NCBI RefSeq assembly: GCF_035084215.1
Contig: NC_090366.1
Location: forward strand, 10,416,001-10,480,000
Reading direction: 5' to 3'
From: Heptranchias perlo
Lineage: Eukaryota
Length of the DNA stretch: 64,000 nt
In this document: positions 37,550 through 48,300 of the stretch, piece by piece
How the letters are laid out: the number at the start of each line of letters is the position of its first letter
Numbering within the stretch: the first letter of the stretch is position 1
Translations under genes and position numbers: made by a program
The notes under the pieces: model-generated
Databases searched by the model: none
What the model was told of the DNA's origin: nothing
What the model saw: the letters and a program-made list of their open reading frames with translations, nothing else

Positions 37550-39800
37550 TCGATATGGAGGGACAGTAGCAGAGGGAGCGGGAAGGATAGATGGAGAGAG
37601 AATAACAGAGAGACCGAGATATCGATAGAGAGAGAGAGAGAGATGAAGAACTTGTGATAGATAGAGATGGAGGGAAAGTTTTAGAGAGGGAGGTAGGGAT
37701 AGATGGATTGAGTATAACAGAAAGAATGGGAGATTGAAATGGAGAGAGACTGATAGAGATAGAGGGAGACAGAGATGCAGATAGAATATCAGAGAAAGAG
37801 GGAGAACGATATGGAGAGAGAGTAACAAAGAGAGAGAGAGATATAGATGGAGAGAGAGAGAGTAACATAGAGAGGAAGATAGAGCTGGAGAGAGATTAAC
37901 ACACGGGGAGCCAGAGATGGCGAGAAACTAATAGAAGGGAGGGAGAATTAAATGGAGAGAGCATAACAGAGGAAGGCGGTGATAGAGGTGGAGAGAGTAA
38001 CAGAAAGAGAGGGAGGTATAGATGGAGAGAGGGCAACTGAGACGGTGATAGAAACGTAAAAGAGCAACTGAGAGACGGAGATAGAGTTGGAGAGAGTGAA
38101 ATAGAAAGGCATTGACAGTAAAACAGACAAGAGAGATATAAAAAAGGAGCGAGATTAAAAGAGAGTGAGGTTGAGATGGTGACAGTAATAGATTGTGAGC
38201 AAGGGAGATGTGGTGAAAGAGAGACTGAGAGAGATAGAGTAATAGATGGAGCAAGTAACAAATGTAGCTTAAGATAGAGGGAGAATACCAGAGGGGAAGA
38301 TAAAGAGGGAGGGAATAATAGAGAGAGGGTGAGAGATAGAAATGCAGGGTGCATAACAGAGAGGGGGATAGATGGAGAGGGAGTAACAGAGGGAGATAGA
38401 TAGAGAGAGAATAACGGAGGGAGAAAAAGATAGAGAGATAATAACAGAGAGTGAGGGATTGATAGAGATGGACAGAGAGTAACAGAGAGAGCGGGATTTA
38501 AATAGAGCGGAAGAGTAATGCATCGAAAGTTAGAGATAGAGTTGAACAGATTAATGGAGAGAGTTAGAGACAGAGATGGAGAGAGGTGGCGACATGGAAA
38601 AGGAGAGCAAGTAACAGATCAAAATATAAAGATACAGAGAGTAACAGAGAGGAAGTGAGAGAACGAGATGAACAGAAATTAACACAGAGAGAAGGAGATA
38701 GAGAAGGAAATAAAAGTACCAGAGTGAGAGAGAGAGATAGAGATAGACGGAGAGATTGTAACAGAGAGAAAGAGGGAAATAGAGATGGAGATAAGAGTAA
38801 CAGAGAGAGTAGGAGATGGAGACAGAGAAAGTAGCAAATAGAGTGGGAGGGATAGATGGAGCGAGAGTAACAGAGACGGAGGGATTGGTAGAGATAGACG
38901 GAGAGTAACAGAGAGAGGAAGAGATAGGTGGAGAGAGAGCATCAGCGAGAGAAGGAGATGGTGGTGGTGATAAGAGTAACAGAGAGTGGGAGAGAAAAAG
39001 AGAGAGGAAGAGTAATGCACGGAAAGGGAGAGATAGAGTTGGACAGATTAATGGAGAGAGAGGGAGTGATAGAGATAAAGATGGAGAGAGAGCGTAATTG
39101 AGCGAAAGGGAGAGATAAGATTGGAGAGAGGGGGAGACAAGGAGAAGGAGAGCAAGTTACAGACGAAAATGTAGAGATAGAGAGAGTAACAGAGAGTAAA
39201 GGATAGAAAGAGATGGAGAGAGCGTAACAGAGAAAGATGGAGATAGAGATGGAGACAGATTAACAGAGAGGGCGGAAACAGATGGGCAGCAACTAACAGA
39301 GAGAGGGAGATAGAGATGGAGATATTAACAGAGAGAGAGGGGGTGCATATCGGGAGAAAGTAACAGAGAAAGGGAGACATCGATAGTGAGAGAGTAACAG
39401 ATAGGGAGATATGGGTGGAGAGAGACTAACAGAGAGAGAATGAGGGATAGATGGAGAGAGAGTACCAGAGAGGGAGATAGAAATGGAGGTGGTGTGACAG
39501 AGAGGGATAAAGTTGGAGAGAAAGTAACAAAAGATATGAAGATAAACCTGGAATGATAGGAAAAGGGCAACAGATGCAGAGTCTAACAGGAAATTAAAAG
39601 TTCCAGAACTTACACAGAGGGAGCAGGGTCTAAAATAGAACCAAAACTTGCCATCAATTAGACACATATACTGAATGAAAATCCGAAATTGCAGGAAAAA
39701 CACAACAGATACAGAGTATACAGAGAGTGCGTGTAAAATAGCTAATAGTCCAAGACACAGGGTACACAGAGAGAATGAGAGAGCGAAACACTCGGTGTAT
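37550..39800. repeat. Degenerate purine-rich (GA) satellite, unit like AGTAACAGAGAGAGGGAGATAGAGATGGAGAG
   Basis: Recurring GTAACAGAGAG and GATAGAGATGGAGAG motifs; source of the spurious Leu/Ser-rich minus-strand ORFs. Confidence 0.9.
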
Positions 39801-39849
39801 ACAACACTGGGTAAGGTCATCTACCTGAGCATTGAGCCGGGATGACACC

Positions 39850-40810
39850 TGAGCCTTTTCTGTTCTATGTGGAGCTCACTGCCATAATGGGTAAGATCAG
39901 CTCCCTCAGCACAGGTCTGGAGTGAAGCCTGGGCCCTTCTTGCTTTGTGTTTGTGGATCAGTACCTCACCGGGTGAGATCAGATCCGTCAGCACAGGCCG
40001 AGGATGGAGCCTGGGCCCTTTCTACTCTGTGTGGGCCTGAATAACACAGTCGCTGAGATCAGCTAAGTCAGCACAGGCCGAGAATGGATCCTCTGCCCGT
40101 CCTGCTCTGTGTGTGCGGCTCAGAACAAGAAGGCTGAGATCTGCCAACGTTAATGCAGCCTGATCCCTTCCTGCTCTTTGTGGGGCTCAGTAACACCCGG
40201 ACTGAGATCAGCTAAGAACAGGCAGGGGATGGATCTCGGGTCCTTGAACTCTGTGTGGAGCTCAGTTCCATAGTGAGTGAGATCAGCGAACTCAGTACAG
40301 GCCGGTGATGGAATCCAAGCTCTTTCCGCTCTGTGTGGTGCTCACTACCACACTGACTGGATCAACTAACACAACATAGGACGGGGTTGGAACCGAAGGC
40401 CTTCCAGCTGTACGTGGTGTTCCCGACCACGCCGGGTGAGGCGGGCTAACAGCATAGGCCAGAGATGGAGCCTGGGCACTTCCTTCTCTGTGCGATGTTC
40501 TTTGCCACACCGGGACAGCTTCATGATCTCAGCACAGACTGGGGATGGAACCAGGATTCTCCCAGCTCCGTCTGGGGACTCAATACAACGCCGGTTGAGG
40601 TGAGGTAACAGCAGAGGCCGGGGTTGGATCCTGCCGACTTCCTCGTCTGTGAGGGGCTCAGGATCACACTGTGTCAGTGCAGCAAACTCAGCAAAGGGGT
40701 GGCACGGGAGCCTAGGCCTCCCAGCTCTGTGTGGGTCGCAGTACCATGGTCGGTGAGATGAGCTCTCAGCACAGGCCAGGGGCCTTGGAACTTCCTGCCA
40801 AGTGCGGCTC
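39850..40810. repeat. About 80-bp minisatellite, about 12 diverged units
   Basis: CAGCACAGG-type anchors at about 39907, 39989, 40068, 40215, 40293, 40370, 40449, 40529, 40608, 40688, 40767. Confidence 0.85.
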
Positions 40811-41019
40811 AATAATTTAACAATAATGGAAGTGCCAGGTACCCACAGTGCATTGCGGAAAAGCAAGGACCCTATCTGCAATAAGGGCCGCGCTACTTGT
40901 GCTTTCCTTGCTTCCCCTTCACCAACTGACCGTGGAAGGGCTCCAACTTTTGGGGGCAGGATAAGTTAGAAAGAGATGGCGCGATGTCACTCCCTGAAGA
41001 CCCTCAGAAAATTACCTCT

Positions 41020-41650
41020 CCACCACACAACTAATCTCCCGTCCCCCAAACGGATCCGCCGTCCCCCTCACTGAGCCGCTCCTCCCCACACACGGACACC
41101 CGCCCCTCCCCGACAGGGAAACGCCACTTCCCTCCCCCAACACACGGACACTCGCGCCCCACCACACCTAGACCCACCTCGCCCCGCAAGGACCAGTCCA
41201 CCTTCACGGGCAAGCACCACCTCCCTCACAGTCGGGTCCCTCCGACCCCTCCACACGTGCCCGCGACTCCCACCACCACCCATCCCCCACAAGAAGCCCT
41301 CCTTCCCCCGACACGCAATCGCCCCTCCACCCCTACGAACCGCCCCTTCTCCCACACAGATCCTTCCCTGCCCAACACACGGACCCGACCCTCCCATCAC
41401 ATCGAAACGCCCCACCACCTCACACGCACCCCTGCCATTCGCCCCCTCCCCCATACACACACACAGACCCTCCCCTCCCCTGCACGTGGAAAGGCGCCTC
41501 CTCACAAACGGACCCTCCCCTCCCGCCACATGTACCCTCCCTTCCCACACACGGAGACGCCTCTCCCCCACCACCAAAACACCCTCCCTCATAAACAACT
41601 TCCACACTCGCCCCACACAGACTCGCCCCCACCCGCACCCCCCACAGGGC
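41020..41650. repeat. C-rich low-complexity repeat (CCTCCCCACACACGGACACC-like)
   Basis: Strong C/A skew; similar short stretch at 37440-37550. Confidence 0.8.
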
Positions 41651-42370
41651 GATGGGATTTATCATTTACCGTGGAAGTTGTTATGATCCCGAATGCATTG
41701 CCTGAAACGGTTGAGGAATCAGATTAAATATTAAATTGGAAAAGCGAATTGTCTATATACGTGAAAAGGAAACATTTGCAGGGTTATCTTGGAAGTGCAG
41801 GGGTTTGGACCAATTGGATAGCAGTTTCAAAGAGCCAGCACAGACACGTTGGGCCAAATCGCCTCCGGAGGTGTCCGATTCTATGATTCTCAGAGATGGG
41901 ATTAAATTTTGGAGCATGACGCACATGTATGAGAGGGTGCAAGGATCTTAATCGAGAAAATAGGTTTTCTCCATTAACATAAATTGAAGCTTTCAGGCCT
42001 GGCAGCAAAAAAAAAGTCACTTTATAGAGTGTTTTGCAATTTGTTTTGCAACCCAGTCCCCGACCGTGAGGCTTCATACTGTCGGCCAATTCTTTTCAGC
42101 ACATCAACAGACAATGAGGATATTGGAATTGGTTTGGAAAACAGTTTTCAACACAGAATAGAGAAAAAATGTTGAAAAGTTACATTGACGAACATATCAC
42201 ACGTATTGTCTTTCAACTAATTCCTGATTGTATATCAAATTATTCCAACAAAGAGCAGTGGTCACATTTCCACATAGTTTCTGGAAGATGTCCATTTTTA
42301 CAGGCCTTAACATCAGGTGTGTTAAAGTATTGCCGGTCTCCACAACATCTGCCTGACAGTGTATCTCCTG

Positions 42371-45300
42371 TTAATTATGTTTTATTGTTGCGTATTCGCA
42401 GGTCTCCTCATTTTGGATATATCGTTCTTGTTTGCGGAATTTTGAGATATCGATAGATGCGTACAGAACCTCTTCCTTATGAGCTGGTTTGGTCGATATC
42501 AAAGCCTCAAGGCCAGCCTCGGGATACTGAACGTCGCTCTGTAACGAAAGGCATTTGTGTTAGATTTGGCGCTACTGCGCATATGAACTGAACACAATGG
42601 GAGTGTGCTGTCCTTTCCAGAGCAAATCACGTTATAGTGTCTCTGGTAGTTTTCTATTGGCCCTGACGAATGAGTTGAGCGTTTTGAAGTGCTCATGCAA
42701 GAAAGAAAGAACTTGCAATTATATATCAGGACAAGTTGATAAGGATGCTAAAAACATATGAGATTCTGGGCTTAATAAATAGAGGCATAGAATATCAAAG
42801 TAAGGAAATCACTTGTTAGGCCCCTGGCGGAGTACTATGCCCAATTCTGTCACCACAATTTAGGAAGGATGTCAAGGCCTTGCAAAGGGTGAAGAGGAGA
42901 TCTACCAGAGTTCTAGCAGGGATGAGGCTCTTCAGTTATGCGGAGAGACTAGAGAAGCTCGAATTATTCTCCATAATGCCAGGAAAGTTATGGGAAGATT
43001 TGAAAGAGGTGTTCGAAATTATGAAGGGGTTAGATAGAGTAAATAAGAAGAAACTGTTTCAACTGGCAGGGTGGTCGGTAACCAGAGGACACAGAATTAC
43101 GATAATTCGTAAAAAGAACTAAAGTGGAGTGAAGGAGATTTTTTTAAGCAGCGAATTGTTATGATCTGGGATACACTGCATGAAAGCATGGGAGAAGCAC
43201 ATTCAATTGAAAATTTCAAATGGGAATTGTTTAAATACTTCAAAAGGAGAAAAGTTGCAGGGCTATGGGAAGAGCAGCAGGGATGTGAAACTATTTGGGT
43301 TGGTCTTTCAAATGTCCGGCACCAGCGCAATTATCTGAATGGCCTCCTTCTGTGCTGTATGATTATATGATTAATAAGACGTATGCGCTGCCATGAAATG
43401 AATAAATTTGAAGTGTAGTCACTGTGTAGAATAATGCAGCCACAGTAATTCAGACAAATGGCGAATTAATCTGTTTCAGATGCTGTCCATTGAGGGAAAC
43501 ATGTTTGCATGGGCACTGGGAGTGCCCTCTTCCGTTCCTACAATAGTACCATGAGATCGTTTACCTACACATGCAGCACCAAACCGGGCCTTGGTATAAA
43601 GTCTCATCCAAAAAACTGAACCACTGATATTGTAACACTGCCTTAGTACTGCACTGAAGTTTCAACCGAGGTTATATATTCGAGTGCTGGAACAAAGCAC
43701 AACATTCTGACTCAAAGGTGAGGCACAACTGAGCCACATTGACACCAAGATGCAGTTGGGAAATTGCAAATAATGCTGTGTATCTGCAATGTATTATCCC
43801 TTCTGCGGATCCTGACACCTGTGAATATTGATGAACGCCTGTGACCTTGTGGAAAATCTAACCCATGAGACCTAATGTCAAAGGGATGGTGATAAAGTAT
43901 CTTCTGGCCTCTGTGTGTGAGATAGGAAACTCAATCTGTTCAATGAGTTTGGTTTGATCAGAAATGCCAACGTGAGAAACACTCCCTAATCCCATTCACT
44001 AGGTCACTGCGTACAGAGTCTGAAGAAATGTTTCACTCTTAGCGGCGTGAGGAGAGTGCAGCTCCCTCAAAAACACCGGCCACCAAGTTTCTGAAACATC
44101 CATTTATCTGTTGGGTTTTGCTTGCTTTGTCTCACTTGCTGGCTGAAAACACAATTAAACTCCTACAAATGTCACTCCAGCGTGGCTTCACTTACCTGAG
44201 CGTTTCGTGCGTTCTGTACCACAGCGTAGATCACCGAATTATCAGGCGTTTCCGAGGCACGCACAGCTTCACTTTGTTTCTTCCTGAATAATAATAAATA
44301 CAAATGTTGCAATTCGCATAATTAATTGGAATAAATTGACGTAAACTATGCTGTGCCTGTACGATGAAGGAACTCAATGGGTCAGGAGAGGCTTGTTTCG
44401 TTTAGGTTTCCTGATCAGCACAGATCAGGTCTCAAATCATTTCATGTAACTATCCACCTGAGCACATTTCAAAAGAGAACTTTTGTTTATGGATGAAGGT
44501 CATTAATGACGTTGTGCTGTCTGCACTGGATGAAGATTGATTGTGCTAAATAAGATACAGAGGAGGCATATTCACCTATTCAGCACCTTGTTAAATAGAA
44601 GGTAGAGTTTCAATCTGCAAACACATTCCTCGCCATTATCATGTAGATGGTTTCAAACCATCGGAGTTTGAAACAGGGTATCAATCAATATTTCTCATCA
44701 ATTGTTCTGAGATCCTTCTATATTATCTCTGAAAGATGCACTTTTGTATTATTTAGGACGTAATTGGCTTTTTTATTATGTCATGGTACACGAGGGGTTA
44801 AAAGCTAGAACAATTCACACAATCTCATTTTGCAATGATTGTTGCCGATCATTGGCTGTTGTCGGGCTCCACCTATCGGAGGAGCCATTTCATTCATTTT
44901 CAAAAGAAACATTCTGTCTGATTTGTGGAAGGGTAACTTTGATTGGCAGCTCGTGGTAAACCGAACACATAGTTATTCGAATTCAATTGGAGCCGGACAC
45001 CTATGAAGATAATTATCAGCCCGACGATTTAAAAGCAGGGAGCTTGTGTGGAGCTTTCAAAGAGAGCGAGACAGGCAAAATAGCATAAGTAACTGATAAG
45101 AATAGGATAATCACCGCTACATAATGAATTTCTGATATAATTTAGCACATCAGTCGCACCCCATTATGAATATAATTTTCTACTCCTGCAGCCAAACAAA
45201 TTTAACAACTACTGTAAAAATGTTTCACGTTACTTATACTATTTGTTTGTTTTTTAACTGACTCATGAAATTGCATGATCAGTGAAGCCGAAGTAAAATT

Positions 45301-48300
45301 CTCGTGTGATTTTATGGTGAGATCTTCCCATGACAAGGAGGCTCGCGCGGGGCTGCCCAATATTAGCAACGCCTGAAGGAAACTGACCGCGATTCTATGT
45401 CCATTGCTTGGGCATGCAACAAACTTTACCCAGATATTCGAGGCGGGGAAAACACTCCCTGGGACATAGGGCTCGAGCGATCAGCCACGAGAGCAGACCG
45501 AGAGACTGAAGTCCAAAAATGACCAGGTTAAACATAACGAAACAAAGCACCCATCATGTAACAGGACGAATGTACAGGAAGCCGGAATCAAGCAGCCACT
45601 AATATTACTCTGTGGTTGATGCTGGGAGACGAGTGGCTGTTCAGGAAACGATTGCCCCTCCTACTTTCCCCACACTGCTCCAATTCAGACAGATGATCAC
45701 TGTCCTCAGTGAGTGATGATTCAAACGAGTTTCTGATCCATAGTCTTTCTGATTCAGGGTCCCCTTTAAAGTTGTCTAATTTATTCTCCCGCCTATGCAG
45801 TTAAGAAACATACATACCTTTGTACCTTTACCATGACAACGACTGCAATTACAATAATTAGGCCGCAGGCTCCTCCTCCTATTTTGAATATTTCTGTCCA
45901 GGAGAATAAGAATATTCCTAAAATGACGGAAAAGACATTAATTTTCATTAGTGTATTGGGGCTAATACATCAATCTGGGAAACACATTTGTGAGCATGAG
46001 GAAGAAACTTCCTTCATGTTCGGATCATAAAGCTAATCAAAAATTAGGGATTATATTCGCTACATCCTGCTGGCCCAACGAGTGAATGACGGGCTAGTGA
46101 TGACCAGTATAGATTTTTGGTCTCTAGGGGAATCAAGGGATCTGGGGATCGGGCTGGAAAATGGAGTTGAGGTCGAAGATCAGCTATGATCTTATTGAAT
46201 GGGGGAGCAGGCTCGAGGGGCCGAATGGCTTAATCCTGCTCCTATTTCTTATGTTCTTATGTTCTTATGATGGACCAACTCTCTAACTGTATTCAAATTA
46301 CAGATAAATTCAACACGTACCCATAGAGTGCAGCTGGTATTTGCTGACACAATCACCGTGCACGTTTGCTGCAACGCATGAGATTTGAATTCCAGTTCCA
46401 GTTCCAGTTCCAGTTGGGTGTGTCAGTGTCAGGGAGCTCTGCACCAGGTAACTATTCACCGCCCAGGAGATGACTTTCATATCTGACCTGTTCCCAGTGA
46501 TGATACTCCCATTGAGGCCCCATGTAATGTTTGCTGGTGGATTGGCTGTGACACTGCAGTTACAACCAGTCCACTTCTCAGAGCTGTTGCAGGTCGGGCC
46601 TGATACTATTGTGGGTTTATCTAAAAAAATAGAGACTTCAGTATGAAATAATTATGTCAAACATTTGCAGTGCCTAAATACTGCATTAAACATCTTCCTT
46701 TGTGCTGGACTGACGTGACCCTTCTATAGATGTCCAGCTAACAGGGCAACAGTTTAAAGGACGGTGTCTCTGAATGTTACATTGTTAACTGAACAATAAT
46801 ACAAGTAACGGAGCTTGAGATAACACCACATTTATTCGGTATTTATTGGCGAATTCCTGCTCAGCAAAATGAGGGATGTCAGTTCTAAGAAATGGAGTTT
46901 GTTTATTTCAGACTGCCAGTATTAGTTAAAAACTGTTAGATTTTGAGTAAAGCTCCCAGTAAATGTACTTCTGTCCCAATCAGGAGGGTACTGCCTGCTG
47001 CATTTATTTCACATTGTGCACATTCTACAACTGTCACCCTCAGCGAGTTGGCCAGCATAGTTTCCATTATTGGAAATATCGAGGTTGTTTTGTACTATAT
47101 CCATAAGGAAGGGATGACGCAATCCCAAGCTCATTTCACATTGGTGCTTTACAGCAAGCAGGAAAGAGAAACGTGGGTTTTGATCGAGAGTTTGTGAACT
47201 GAAAGGCTGCTACCTAATTGAGAAATGCATGCACACTTACATTGTACAGAAATCCGTGTGGAGCTGTTTGCGGTGCCCAGGTCATTTTCAGCCACACACC
47301 AATATTCACCGTCATCTTCTAAACTAATGTTGTGGAATGTCCGCTTTAGTTCATTGGTGGAAGATGTGCTGATCTCGTCACCATTTTTCACCCATCTTAA
47401 ACTGACCGCTGGTTTTCCCCATGCCGTGCAGTATAATAATAATGAGCTGCCTTCCACCGCTACCATAGAGGAATTGACGGTTGGGTTTTCCAGTCCATCT
47501 GAAACAGGCAATAATGCAAAACGTGAAGCATGATTCAGATCATCAATAAATCATCATGTTGGGTAAGAGGCCGCGTCTAAATTGCAAACTCCATATTTTA
47601 CTGCCCCAGAATTTAATGTTACAACAAAAATGTGTATCTTCTAGAATTTACCTCTCTCTTCGAATTATGTCTCCTTGTGGCGTACGTACTTTAACAATGA
47701 TGCATCATTCAGGTCAATTCTGAAGCCCAACCAGAGCTGATATCTGGTGTCATAGCTGAGACCAGCTTTAGACCCGAACTCGCCTTGGCATTTTTTGTAT
47801 CCCTTTATGACTGACTAAACTCAGAACGTCACCGGTAGATCTCAGAATAGGAATTAACAATGACATAAACCAAACATTAATTCATAGATGTGAATCTTCC
47901 CAAAATAATCTGACTGACAAGAATTGACTGAGAGCCACTCCGATTCACTGATTATACAAGTGAGCTCTCACGGCATAGAGACGGGGGTTTCTCGGTGCAT
48001 TCATTGATGCGGTACTAAACCTGTAATAAATTGCTTCTGGTGGAAGGACAAGTGTTCAACCAGTCGGCCGACAGGTGAGGTCTATTAAACTCAGCAGACA
48101 CTTACATTTGATCTCCAAGGTAAGAATTTGTGGAGAAGAAGTTGGGGAGCCATGAAGTAAAATTGAGCATCCTAGACTTTTCCCGTGAATAGCGGATGAT
48201 GGAGTGAACGTGAGCACCGATGAAACTCTCCAAGAACCGGAACGTTCATCAACAATTTCTGGTCCATCTTTAGTGTCCCATGGAAGAGGAAGGGACCCAT

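Noticed and set aside
37274-39820. Many 60-184 aa Leu/Ser-rich minus-strand ORFs
   Set aside because: Translations of the GA satellite; no domain, no splice structure.
40292-41727. Long Gly- or Pro-rich ORFs, and the 80-bp array as a possible CRISPR
   Set aside because: The ORFs come from low-complexity sequence. The array units are homologous over their whole length with no unique spacers, and the context is eukaryotic.
44698-44728. Possible stop-containing alternative exon (RDNIEGSQNN*) between the TM and ITIM exons of Siglec C, analogous to short MAG
   Set aside because: Supported only by one plausible acceptor; no paralog conservation or transcript evidence.
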